From the NCBI GenBank assembly GCA_021613535.1, contig CP075494.1:7874001-7938000 (forward strand): DNA of 64,000 nucleotides. The letters are read 5' to 3'. Below, one piece after another: positions 1 through 16,503 of the stretch. Positions within the stretch are counted from its first letter, which is position 1, and every line of letters begins with the position of its first letter. The position numbers were made by a program, and so were the translations under genes. Origin of the DNA: Adineta vaga. Its lineage: Eukaryota; Animalia; Rotifera. The notes under the pieces were generated by a model. That model searched no databases, was not told where the DNA came from, and saw only the letters and a list, made by a program, of their open reading frames with translations.

Positions 1-1231
1 TTGAATCATCAGTTTCTCTGGTCAATATATTCATATAAATGTATGTTTCATTGTTTCAAGACGACTTCGTAAGTATGGATTAATTTAATTTTATCCGGTC
101 ATCTTCGTTAGATTGCTAAGCGATTGATCTACATATTACAGGTAGGTAAAGATGGTTCGCAGTTGCCGACTCTATGATGATGATTGATATCGTATTTAAA
201 AAGAACTTGACACTTGTATTGATCGCCTAGAAAGAAACAAAATTATACAATCTTATCGTGTTAATAGATGATCTCTTTTAAGTAAGAAAACAGCTGTATG
301 CCGTTGTTTTGTTGATGGTTAAATAATGATCATGAGAAAATACAGGTGAAACATTTGCATTTGCATTTAGTTTTGTTGTTGCTTCAATAGCAAAGTATTC
401 ATGACTCAGGGAAATTACTTAGAAATAAATATTTGTATTACTACACTAGGCATCAACAAGAATAACTTTGAACTCTTTCGTCTTTCTTTCATCATATAAA
501 CAATCATATAGTCATGAGACCATAAAATCCTTTGAACACGTTCTTTTTTTTTAGTGTGTATAGTCTGATGAAAGAATGATAATTATAAGAATGTTGTTGA
601 TATGTAAACTGCACAGTAGTATTTAATTGAACACAGTAAAACTTAGATTCATATTACCGTCATCTGATCACTTTTGACTTAAAATGTACAATCACTATAT
701 GCACCGCATCAGTTATGGTGAATGATCATCCAGGTGACGTTTTATTAATTTGATTGAAACGTGTTTTTTTTTGTATTACTATTGTTAAACTTCATTATTT
801 GTGATTCCGGTGCCATGAGAAATGATTGTCTTCATGTCATACAAGGTTATATTCAATCTTCGAGGAATATAGGGAAAAAACACGATTATTAAAAACATCT
901 TAATTTTTCCCCAGGTACATTGTCTATACAAGCAAGATTAATCTTCTGTTTTCTATCTCAGATTGTATGCCTAATAGCAGACCAATCCGAGGAAAAGCAC
1001 TTTCATATTTACTATTCTGTCGTCTAAATGATGTCTGTCAACACTTATCGTCATTTCAATATACACATCAAATGAAGCAAAGACATCACTAAGAGTTCTT
1101 TTCTCGTTCGTGTTGAGAAAAGTGATAATGCTTTGAACTATGCAGCTATGTTTTATATATATATAAATGAACGAAAGAAAAGCGAATGGAAGTTATTCTT
1201 CTTTTCTTTCTATCATTATAGATTTGATAGT

Positions 1232-2026
1232 ATGAATTATATTGATCATTTTCAAAAGTATGAAATATGTCGAAAACAATCACAATGCTATCGTCTTCGT
1301 CCACCACCAAAATTACCAATATTTCCAAAATTAATCATTACTAATTCATCTTCTACATCGACAGATTTTCCTCTAAATTTAGACTTTTATTTTATTTTAC
1401 TTGGAATAATTATTTCAATGATTTCAATCTGTTTTCTTTTTATTTTATTTGTAGTTAAGTAAGAATGATTGAATGATCTTAATTTGAAATCTTCTAAATA
1501 CTTATTTATTCATAGAGTTCGAATTTATCGTAAAATACAACAAAATCATCGTCAGACAAACACTACAAGTATTATCGATACATCAACATCGTTACCAAGT
1601 GTAAGAATATAAGACTAATACGAACTGAATTTGTAATTTTTTCTCATTCAGATTTTTCCAACATCATACAATTCTTTGACACCTATTACTCTTACAACAA
1701 ATCGATCTCCATCATTACTGATGATAAATAAATTAAACTCAACTCATCCATTGTATTCAAATTCGGATACACAATTATCCTGCCATAATCGTTCAATAAA
1801 TACATATGAAATTACTCGATTAGCAACAAATCATCAGCACTGTTCCTGTTGTTCATGTACTCTTGAATATTATCAAAATTTACGTTATCTTCACACATCC
1901 CGTCCAGTACCAACATATCACTATTCATGTATATCACCAGTCAGTGATTGTCAACATTCTATATCGAAAAACTCACATTATAAACAACAATGTCTTTGTC
2001 AGAATTTCTTTGTTCCAATCAAATAA
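1232..2026 (+). CDS. Uncharacterised single-pass membrane protein (about 3 exons)
   Basis: MNYIDHF...RPPPKLP, then a hydrophobic TM segment (FYFILLGIIISMISICFLFILFV). Introns with gtaag...ag at about 1459-1516 and 1601-1651 join it to a Cys/His/Tyr-rich tail ending at 2026. Confidence 0.55.
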
Positions 2027-2256
2027 AAACACGCACGATGCTTATCTGTTATATCTGTGAATCGTTTATCATGTTATTATAATGATTTGTATCATCTAAA
2101 GGAAAAATGTAATTATTATTGACCGAGCTATTTTTGTTCATTAGTCATAAGAACTTATCTGAGAAAGAAATAAAGTTGTTGACTCAAAAAAAAAAAAAAC
2201 TATTGAAACAAGTTTCAAAGTTATTTTTCCAGTTTTGTGTTTTTACAAAATAAATC

Positions 2257-3976
2257 TCATACATAAATAGTATTCGATACACTATAGAAATCAGTTGGTA
2301 CATGTTCATTATTTGTATGTGAAGAACGAATTCGGTCATTTGAATTTGTCATTGTTGATGAATAAGGTGATCGAACAAGTTTCAATGCACTTTGAAGAGG
2401 TGTTGTTGATTTTGCTTCATGATTTCTTTCGTTTGCATCTGTTATTAATGTTGTAGTTGATGATGATGAGGTAGGTGAAATGAATCCATTGCCTGAACGT
2501 TTGGAATCAAAATGTACAATATAATTACGTTTTGATGAGTTAAGATCTGTCATTGGTCGATGTCCAAAGGCGGATAATAATAAGGTCTCATTGATTTCAT
2601 CAAGATCATTTCTACTGGATTGTGTACGTGAAGTGTTATAATTTAGTGAACTTGATCGACGTGGATTGACAAGCATTTTTTGACTAGTTGATGTTTTCAA
2701 GCGAGTTGGTGAAGCAAATTGTTGTCGAAGTGATATTGTTCGAAGTGATGAACGTTGTCGATTCATTGATAGAGAAGAAATTGAACTATTACTAAATGAT
2801 GTTCGTAAACCTCCATCACTTGTTGTTAACTCATCATGTTGATCATTAAAAATTTGAATAGCTGATGGACGAATACCACCTGATCGAGTACTTTCACGTG
2901 AAACATCCGTAGAAGAATTTATTGGCATTTCTGCTACCGGTTCTGGAATGCTCAATAAAGGTCTTTCACGTTGTAGAATGTGTCTTTCTGGTAGGGAAGT
3001 TTCGACGGGTAATGATGCTTGAGTTAGTAGATCTGGTAAGTGAGTCAAACGCGATGAATATGAATATGGTGAAGTAATAATTTGTTGTTTTTTTATATTA
3101 GATTCTTGTGCAAATGATTCTTGTCGACGATGAGAAGGATTAGGTATTTCAGAATGTGATGATAATAATATTGGTGGTGTATGATTATGATTATTATTAT
3201 TGGTAGTTGAATTTGATCTTCTTGCTGAACGATATCGATGACGATGATTTGAAGTGTGATCATCGAAATATTGAATTTTATCGAAATCAGAAAAAGAAAC
3301 TCGAGGACGACGTGTTTCATTCATCTGTTCAGAATGCTGTCGTGTTAATATCGCATCTTCATGATGATTCATATCGTTAGATAAAAGTAAATCGTCATGA
3401 TTACGACGTATTGTTGAATCTGTATATGTTGTTGTTGTTTGAATAGGACTGTGATGTGTCAAAACAGTACCCCTGAAATAAATTTAAAAAAAAAACTATC
3501 TTTGTTTCTCATATAGGTAAGTTGAAAATAGTAATAGAATTTCAGTTGCTTAGAAATTTGTTCTAACTATCAAGGATGAAAAATCCATGACTTCAGAAAA
3601 AAGCCCACTTCAATCGATGACATAGTAATCCTCTTACTATATCAAAAGAAATCCATTTTTCTTACTTGATTAATCCTGATAACGATTTCACTTTTTTGAT
3701 TTGTCTGTCCATAAAAAATTTCTTTGATAAATCGACATCATCTACTTTTTGAGATTGATCCATACTATACTCTCCATTAGTTTGCATTGTTGTCAATGGA
3801 ATGGAATTTTGTGGAGATGCTCTCGATAGTATAGCATGTGTTTTAAATTTTTCTTTGTAATCAGATGCGAATGATGGTTGTTGAAAATTATTTGTTGATG
3901 AAGTACCATTATTCATATACATTCGACTAGCAGAAGGTAGTCTTTCGTGATGAATTCGTTCGTTAGATGATGCCAT
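2257..3976 (-). CDS. Uncharacterised Ser/Thr/His-rich, probably disordered protein (3 exons)
   Basis: ATG at 3976 (MASSNERIHH), a small exon at about 3517-3632 and a 400-codon terminal ORF at 2257-3473, with canonical splice sites. No recognisable domain. Confidence 0.65.
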
Positions 3977-4375
3977 ATGAAAAAGAGCATTGACAAAGAA
4001 AAAAAGAAAGAAAACGTCCAAATGAATGTTTATGTTGAAAAGATTTTTTCTGCTTCTTTTGTTTTTTTTCACGACGAGAAAGAAAAAGGTAACAGAGGCC
4101 GATTTTTTGCTATTGATGATGAAAACAAATACGTCTTAGTACGTAGAAAATCTGTATTCAAGTGAATGAAGAAATGAATTAAAAGTTTGTCATCAGACAT
4201 TTTCAGATTGATATTTTTTGCTTTTCTCTTACGAATCTGAAGAACGAAAGAGAAATCTTGTCAATTCAAAGTAATATTATTCTATTTATTAAAGATCAAT
4301 TTCATATATAAGTTTTTTGTCATAATGAGCTGTTTTTTTTTCGTTCATTTCAAATTGTCAATGAGAATACACTAA

Positions 4376-6330
4376 TTAATTGTAGACTGAAGCAGCAGGA
4401 CGTCCATGTTGACGACAATAAGGTCGATTATTCTTTGCGACAAATGGTTGACCCTCTAAACTAACTTGACATTGCTAGAAAAAGAAGAGAAATTTGATAT
4501 ATTTTGTTGATATCAATGATGAAAGATTAACATACAGAACAAGTGAAACATTCAACATGATAAGTTCCACCGATAGCTTCGAGATATTTATCTCCAGGTT
4601 CAATAGGAAATTCGCAAGAAATACATTTTGCTTGAAACATTCGTCGATAATCTAAAAATATTTTCTTTAGATGTTTGATTTCCTTTACGAATATTATTAG
4701 AAAATACCTTCAGTACAATAAGGATGACCTTCTTCTACATGAAATGATCCTGATCCAATCGATTTTTTGCATGCAGTACATAAAAAACATTCGGGATGCC
4801 ATGTTTGTTCCAATGCATGAACACATTCCTTAATAAATGTGTTTGAATCAATGAAAAGAAGAATTTTTATATCTTACTTTTACGATTTTTTGTGAACATT
4901 TTGCGCAATGTGGTGCAAGAAATTGTTCAAAGTCTTGTTCACAATATAATTTACCATTTTCTTCAATAAAACCGCAATCAACAAGATCTTTTGAACAATG
5001 TGAACATGTAAAATGATTGACACAATAGCAATTACCAACCGCCGAAATAAATGGACCTCTATTGACATTTATTTTTCTCGAATGAAACTATATAGTATTT
5101 CTATAGAAATTACCGTATTTTCACACCGCATCCATGACAGATCGCAATCTGATTTGCATTATCATTTTGATTTAATGAAGCTGTACCTCGAGTACCTTTC
5201 TTAACTCCTCGATTACCGGCGCCAGCTGGTGCTTGAGGATTAGCATTAAATGATGGTTTATTTCCTAGTAGAAATAGCAAAGTAAAACAAAAATATGATA
5301 TGAATATAAAAAGAGTCTCACCAATCGGTTTTGGAGGGGCCGTATAAGGAGTCGGATGTGATTGATGTTGTTGTGATGGTGGTGGAGGGGGAGGTGGAAC
5401 TGTTGGTTTAGGCATAGATTTTGAGGGTGCTGCTTTATATTCATTGGCACTTAAATTGACATGTTAAGATAAGAAACATTGATTTATTAGTTCATATATT
5501 GTCTTACTTTCTTGGTTGTTCATCGTCTTTATGATCACCAGCTATATTCATACTTTCGAAGAGAAAGAAAAGAAAGAAGATATGAAAATATTAATGTACT
5601 TTTCGTTTCCAATACCTTTTTAATGTACGTGTTATCGTATCAGTAATATTGTCAGCTGAATAAAGACCAATAGGAGTATTATATGTTTGACTTGATATCG
5701 TACGATTGTTTGATATTGGCATGACGATCTATTTCAGAAAAAAAATTTTCTATGTTATCTGTACAAAATGAGTTAACATTTATTAAGTAATGATCGAAAA
5801 GATAATACATCACTAATGTCTTGTATTTATGTCAGTACCTGTGGGCCTGGAGACTGAGGCGGTGTTGGGTAATTAGATTGAGGTGAAAAGTGAGGATGAA
5901 TTGGTTGCGGAGTCGAAAAATTGACTTGACTATTATAATCAGCGGTAGTAGGCGGAGCACCACTACAAGAGAAGTGAATAGTAAATATATTTCGTTGTAT
6001 TCGATACAAACCGTTGTAAAACAAATTCTAAGATATTATTCTGTCGTCTAATATGTTCTTGAACTTCTTGATGCTGAAGATATTCAGTAGATGCTTGTCC
6101 AATTTGAAGAATATAATCATTCGTTTGCATTCCACATCGTTCAGCTAAACTATTTGGATTAACATATTGAATTTGTACCGGACAATTAAAATCTCTTCCG
6201 CCTACGAATTACTTTCATAATAATCCAAATTCATTTTAAAATATTACAAATTACCCTGCATACGAAAACCCCAAGGTATAGTGTTTGAATCACGTTGCAT
6301 TTTAACATGAAGATTTGTATATGATGGCAT
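4376..6330 (-). CDS. PDZ and LIM domain protein (Zasp/Enigma/PDLIM family; PDZ, ZM-like motif, 3 LIM)
   Basis: N-terminal PDZ ([24 protein letters not shown]), [11 protein letters not shown]-like motif, a Pro-rich linker and three LIM domains (CHGC...HFTCSHC...YCEQD; CAKC...WHPECFLC; CISC...YHVECFTC...YCRQH). Confidence 0.92.
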
Positions 6331-7210
6331 TGTTATTTAAAAATAAGACTAAAAATCTCAATATATATTTATATAATTCTATTCATTCACAAAAGAAAAA
6401 TACAACAAGAATGTGTAAATCCACTGTAACCTCTCTACATAGATAAAATATCATGTCAAAAGTGGTTTATCATCTGGAGATATTTTCTTCGAACTATGCA
6501 GACAGACTTCTTTTTTTTTTCAAGAAAGAAAATATGTAATAGATCTCTTCTTTGTAATACATTCACATGTTTTACATATACAAAACGGTAATCAATTGAA
6601 GTGACATATTGTTATAAATATAAATAAATACCTTTTATTAAAATCTTGTTTCTTGTCTAAAATAATCCAGATAGATGATTAGTCGATGTTAGGATATATG
6701 TAACCTTTCTATCCAACGATAGTTTCGAATAGCTTAGATTATCCGATAGTTTTTTCTACTCTGCTACGCACTAAATCAGAGAAAACAACACGAAGACGGT
6801 TTTTTCTGCGCTCTCGCTCTCTGTCGTTTTAGTGGTTGTTGTTGATGTTTTTTCTTTTCCTACTACCAATAACAAATACGCTGGTACGCCAAATGTTTTT
6901 TGGCTGCTTAAATGATGCCAATACCTATGGCATGTCAAGAGAATATATATATAAACATGTACATCGTCTTCGTCACATTTTCTTCTTGTTCTTCTTCAAT
7001 AGATATTACTTCGACAATATCTTGTTTTCCACAATTGCAAAACGATATTTTGTCGATAATAGAAGAAAAATATCGACAGATTCGTTAGAATAAGCATATT
7101 ACATATTAGCACAAAAAAAGAAGAAAAAATGGCTACATTTTTATGTAGAATTTTTATTCAATTTAAAATCGATAAAATAAATGAATATACGACAATTTAA
7201 CTAATATTAT

Positions 7211-8506
7211 TTAATCCTCGGAATCATTCTCTTCATTAGCACCTTGATTATAAATTTCAGCTAATGTCATTGGTTCATTGATACTTTCACTATCAAAACC
7301 CAATTTATCTGATAATATTTTGGAACTTTCAACATCGAGTTTGTTGAATTCATAGTTAGCAATCAATCGACCTTTTCGTAATAGAGCTGGATCAATGATT
7401 GTTAAATCACAGTTGAATGTAGCAATGATTTGTTGATGCATAGCATCACCTAATAAACCATCAGATCTAGAAAATAAACCAATAAAATGTTGTCCATGTA
7501 CAATAATGAATTATTCTAGACTTACAAATTAAGAAGATTAGCTACGGCTTGCGAAGGTGTAGTTGTTTCATTACGGTCTTTGATGATATTTTCTGCATCT
7601 TCAATGATCAAAATTGCATTTTGATATTCCATAAGAAATGGAAGAAATTGAGGTGATGAGATTTCTTTTGCCATATCTGGTGGAACGTAGATCAATGTTT
7701 TATCTTGAATTTCTTGAATAAGATATCGAATGTAATGTGTTTTTCCTGAATAATATTAAGAGAATGACTAGATATGAAAAGATCGAAGTCAAAGAACATC
7801 TACCTGAACCAGGAATACCATGTAAAAGAACGATGCCTTTTGATTCTTTTGTATTGAGATTTTTAAGAATTTTATCATGAGTAGATACAAATTTTCGACC
7901 ATAATGAAGAGCAAGATCAGTAATTAATGGTTTTTTGATTTTAATAGCACTAAGATAATAACCACATGAATTACGACAAACCATTTGTAAAGTACATGTT
8001 TTTGAGGAAAAGACGGTCATTTCTTTAAATTGACTAGCTAAATCTTCAGCCAATGAATCATGTTCTGGTAAATGATAGATTTTGATTTCTTCGACGATGA
8101 GAAAATAATTTTCTAAATGATCTGGTTTGAGTTTATTCAGATTTTTAACATCATCATCTAAATATGATCCAACGAATTCAATCATAACACCATTACCGAG
8201 ATCAACTAAACGAGCATGATTGTAAGTTTTTTTAATTTTTCGATTATATTTTCGTGAAATACAATCTTTTTTAATATCATGTTGGAATTGATCACGAAGA
8301 TAATTAAGAATAGTTGTAACATGAAAATAAAAACTATCATCATCAGTTTGACATTCCAAAGTCGATGGATACATTTGATATTTGCCAAGAAAAAGTCGAA
8401 GTGCTGGAATATCACTATAACGATTTTCTGGACCGAATAGAAGAAAATCTTTTGCTTTCATATCAGGACAAGCACCAGCATATGGTGCAACATCTTTGCT
8501 ATTCAT
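7211..8506 (-). CDS. AAA+ ATPase of bacterial (Bacteroidota-like) type, 2 introns
   Basis: The spliced product has Walker A HGIPGSGKT (split by intron 7746-7803), Walker B ILIIEDAE, LLNLSDGLLGD (split by intron 7467-7525), sensor ATFN and Arg-finger region DPALLRKGRL. Confidence 0.88.
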
Positions 8507-9585
8507 AGTTGCTTTCTTTTTTCTTCTAATGTTATAACATGAGAAATAATGACAAAAATTGCCATTTTTATAGGACAAAACTGTGAAGATGTCTTATTCA
8601 TACTTTGTTGTGAAAGAACTGAAAAAAACACGTTTAGTATTGCACATGTGTTCTGTAAGAATCGACTCGTAATGACGCGTGAATCAGTATGACGAATAGA
8701 TATGTGCACACGAAGACGATATAATTTCGATAGCATGTACCTGAATCCCTAAGACAACAATTTGACGCAAGACTGAATAGAACAATCATACAGAAGAGTT
8801 ATTTCAAATTTAAAATGAAATTCTGCAACAAATGTCGATCTTACTAATCACTAACGAAACGTATTAATTTCACAGTTCAGCAGAAAAATGATTTGACGAT
8901 CGTTCTTTCAATACAATGTGAAATGAGAAAAAGATATCGTTTCATATTCACTTGCTTCATAAGAAAAGCCTGGCTGTTCAAAAGTGTAGAACAAATACCG
9001 TATTATTTTCGGCTAATCAATTCACATAAGATTTATTTATTTTAGTATAACTCTTTGCGATGACGAAGTCGTCAACGCTCTGCATGATACACGTCATGCT
9101 GGGTAAATACAAATATTATGCACACTAAAAATACAGCTGTAGTTATCAATCATTGTCTTAGTAACACTTCATAACATTTTTTGTAAATAGAAAATAATAG
9201 AATATGTAGTCTTTAAGTTTCACGAGGATATTAAACAACCGATTTTTCTTCTTTATCGGTAACTATGTGTTATTGCATGAAACAAATCTCAAATACATTA
9301 ATGTTTGCTTTTTAGTTCTTCTTTATTTGATAAATTTCCGTGTTGTTCAATCAGACGAAAGAAAAAAAAAGTACACTATTTTGTTTGGTTTTCTGGCATA
9401 GAAATAGAGAAAATAAAGTATGATATATATGTTTTCTTATAGAAAACTAATATAAAAATCGAACTGATGACGCCAAAAAAAAGAGAATACGAGAAATATG
9501 ACAACATTAAAGGGTAGCAGAAAAAAAAGAGAAAACCAGAATTACAAATAAAATAAGAGAACAGCATGTCCGATGTTAAAGTTCA

Positions 9586-12192
<2,607 letters not shown>

Positions 12193-12694
12193 TTTGTTTT
12201 GAAGAAATGATTAAATCTAAAGTAAGTTTAGTCAAATAAAGAACGAACAATTAAATGAATGACATTAATAGTCACATCACAACTAACACAACGAAATGAA
12301 GAAATAATTATTGGATTTATAATAATACAATGTATATAAAACCATTAGAAGATTACTAATGCCTCACAAATATGTCGTATAGCGACATCTTTCATCGAAG
12401 TAAGAAGAGAAAACGCTCTTTCAAATTTTATTACTTCGCATGATACTTCTCATTATCTTTATAATATGTAATCATAATAAAAGAATGTCTGTAATGTTCT
12501 CAAGAGTAATTAACCAGAATTCAATGAATATAGTTCATTTGACTGAATATCGGAAAGAGATTCCATGTTAAATCAAACATACACGTTTTGCGTGTTACAA
12601 CAATTCGATAGAAAATGTCATATGATCGCGTAGAAAGATAAAATATTAACATCACTGTTTTTTTTTTGATGAATTTTATCATCGAAGCATCAGT

Positions 12695-14434
12695 CTATAC
12701 ATTAACATAGGAATGTTCATCTATTATAGTTTCATCTCTATCTAGTTTTTCTTGCATTGGTATTGTTTCTTCAATCGTTTGTTTTGATTGTTCAGACGAA
12801 AAAGTTGCCCATTTTTCTGGTGTTGCTGAGCCTAATAATAGAAATGAGATTCCACCAATGGCATAAGCAAAAAAAAACATAATATATAATTTTCTCCATT
12901 CTTCAAGTATCGGCTGTTTAATCACAATTCCTGCTATTAAATTTGCTATCAAACCACCAAATGACGAAATTGTAGTTGCTATACCAAAGATTAAACCAGA
13001 ATATGCTGGTACAATGTCTGAATAGTTAACAATATAACCAGAACCATATGCCATACCTATATAATTGCAAAAGAAAAATGTAATTGTAGAGAATCTTAAG
13101 AAAAAATTTACCTGAACCAAAAAGGAAAAGAATAACACTAATTACACCTAATAATGGTCGTTTTTCATCACAAAAGTAGAGCAATACCATACATAGACAA
13201 GGTAAGAATGAAGCCAAGGAATTAAATAGTTTCCGAGCTACTACTAATGTCATACAATTCTTTCGAACAAGATTATCGGCAATAATACCTATTCATCAAC
13301 AACTATCGATTTTTCAAAGATCAATAAATGCAATCAATCTTACCTGCCAACAATGTACCTAATAACATACACATATATCCACAAGCTAATATATAACCAG
13401 TATATTGACTAGGAATCTGTTGAACTTCTGTTAGAATTTTTCCAAAATTAGTTAGAAAGAAAAATAATGCAAAAAGATTAAAGAATTCTGTAAGAAATAC
13501 ACCAATAATTGGTTTCGAACGAATAATATTGTTCCATGGTAATGCAGTTAATGATACAGGACGACGATGCGTATTTTGAGTATTTTTTCCAATGATACTG
13601 ACAATATATTCACGTTCATTGTTACTAATACTTCGATGCTGTGCAGGTGTATCTGATGCATACCATAACCATAATGGAAGCCAAATAAAACCAAGCAAAC
13701 CTGATAAAAGAAATATATGTATCCAACCAGAACTTACATAACGACAAAGAAGACCACCCACAAGTACAATAAAGGCTATGAAAGCAGTAGAAAACATCTT
13801 ATAGCAACAAGAAATTTCATTCTACATGTGCCCAGATTGGTACCACAAAAACCGATCGATGTTAGAGTACCGCGTTCATTAGGTACTGCCCATTGAGACC
13901 AAAGTGTATAGGTTACTGGAAAGAGCACACCATGAGCAGCACCAATAAGTATTCGTAGACTGACAATAATTAGAAATGAACTATTTTCAAGGAAATAAAT
14001 ACTTGAAAGTGCGAATGTAGCTAAAGAACTAATACAGATCGCGATTGAACACATTAATTTCGCTCCTAATGATATTGATAACCAACCACCTATGCAAAAA
14101 TACGATTCTATTTTATTATCGTTAAATTTTGTTCATCTTTACTTGGAATGAGAGTTAATAGATATCCAGCCCAATACGATCCAAGAATGATTTGTTGATT
14201 CCATTCATTCCATAAAAATGTTTTTTCTTCAAAGAATAAAGTTTGACGATCAACAGTTTCAATTTGTTCATTAGTAAAACCAAATTTCTTTCGATTAATC
14301 ATACAAATAATAGCAATTGATATATTAATTCGTTGAGCATATTGCACCACAAATGCAAAACAAACGAGTAATGCTAAGAAAAATCGAGTCGATGGAATAA
14401 ACCGCGATCGTATGGGAGTGGTTTCATCGACCAT
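12695..14434 (-). CDS. SLC17 family (sialin/VGLUT/Na-phosphate-like) MFS anion transporter
   Basis: QYAQRINISIAIICM, QQIILGSYWAGY, LRILIGAAHGVLFP...WSQWAVPNERG, VARKLFNS and YSDIVPAYSGLIFG motifs across about 5 exons. Confidence 0.9.
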
Positions 14435-15057
14435 ATTGAAACTAAACGTACTTATATTATATAAAATATTAATAGATTCATTCATATGATCAAGCGTTTT
14501 TTCCCTTGCGCTTCATTCAACCATAACCAATCTAATCATATCTTTTATCGGTAATATCTGAAGTAAAAACGCAGAAATCATTCGAGTTTGATATCTTCAA
14601 GGTTTCACACGAATTAATGAAGCTTGATATAATCGTAGAAAACATGATGAATACATACATGTATGTTATTAATTTATAACTGATTTGACACTTATTCAAT
14701 TTTTCTCTTAAACATTTTGTTTCGATCAAGATTAAAACAGAATTCTATTGTTCAATATTCTTGCTTATTAATTGTGAAATATATGTATGAATAATTTTTC
14801 CGTGACCTCAAGCAAAATGATCACTTTTGATAGATTGATTTCAAGGTAAAAACACATACTGAAAATTAATTCTTTTTTCTTTTATTGAATAGCACACACA
14901 TTTATTCATTCAACTATTTTAATGTTCTGCTTTCATGGAAAATTTTCTTCCTTTGAGATGTCACCAAAAACTGAAAATGTCTACATCATTGTTCGAATGA
15001 CATTGGTTGGTATAAGCATGAATCATTGTTACAATAATCTTTTCATCGATTAGAATG

Positions 15058-15083
15058 AGAGAGAGAGAGAGAGAAAGAGAGAG
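15058..15083. repeat. (GA)n microsatellite
   Basis: Direct GA dinucleotide run with one interruption. Confidence 0.8.
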
Positions 15084-16503
15084 TTTTGCTCTAAAAATGT
15101 ATACATAAAAGCACAAACTTTGAGAGCGTATACGTCGGAAGAAAGAAAAAGTTTCATGAATTATATTCAACTTTATATTTTCTAACACGACAAATTCTTC
15201 TTATTCAACATTACTAACTGCAATTTCATTGTTATTTTACTACTTTACACAAAGTAACAAATATTCAAGATATATATATATATAAATATGAAAGTTCTAT
15301 TCTTTTCTTTTTGTTAGTATAAAATTGTAGTAATCTATATTTCTACTAGTAATCAATTAATTTTTTGTATTGTTCAATGTTAAATCAATAGACATTAGTT
15401 TGCGTTACAACAATATCCTTGATAGCATAATAACGATTCTTATCGACATACTATTTTATTAAGAGGATAAAACATTATTTCCATTCGTATCTAAGATGTC
15501 ATGGTGAGTTTTTTTTTCGTGTATAATACCTCGTTAAACTCAGCATGTGTTGTAATTTTCATAGAATATTATTTCCATTTTTAAATACATTTGTATCGAA
15601 GACGGTTCTCTTCGATTAATTTTGAAGGACAAATCAGTCTCAATGGTCTCTTTATAAGCAGGAGTCATAGTAATGTTGGCGAACACGCGCATAGATTTAA
15701 GAAGGAAGAGAAGAAAAGAAATAAAAATCACAACAATGTCAATATATTAGAATGACAATAAGAGAAGAAAAAAAAACAAATTGGACTTAGGAGATTGGAA
15801 TATTTTCAATGCTTACCGATTCGCTTCATCGTTTATTTTTGTCTCTGTTTATTTATTTGTTTTCTACTTACATTTTCATTACGGACAATCCTAGCAACGA
15901 ACTGTATTCGACGTAAAAAAAGAATCGGATAAGCTTTTTCTCCACTGCTTTTTTTTAAAAAGTTTATATTGCATCGATCGTCACTAATCGATGCGGTAAG
16001 AAAAGAACTTTCAATTATGGTACATACGTCTACGTCAACTAATTAGTGTAGTCATGTCTGCTATCGGAAGAATTGAATAAATATTATAGTTAATCATTTG
16101 AAAATACTAATGATTTGGTTCAGTTTACTGTTTGTACAGAAGGGAGCGACATAAAAGTGTATCAATTCGGTTGAGTTGTTGTTAATAGAAAAAAGATTGA
16201 TATCTATATTTGCTCTTCTAGTTTCGATATGGTAGAATATACTATCGATATTTTATTTAATCGAGTATATGCTCATACGTCATAGCATATATTGTGATTT
16301 TGTATATGCGAACTATGAGTATAATCGAATACATACATAAGAAGTAATTTTTTGTATGTATGAAGAAAAAAAATGAAAAGAATGAAGAGCAATCAATCAT
16401 TTTTCATTTTTATTACTCTCTTCTTCTTCTTCTTTTTTATAGAACATGACTTTTTTTTATTATTGTAACTGCACATAATTTTCTGATTGAAAAACAGTCA
16501 ACA

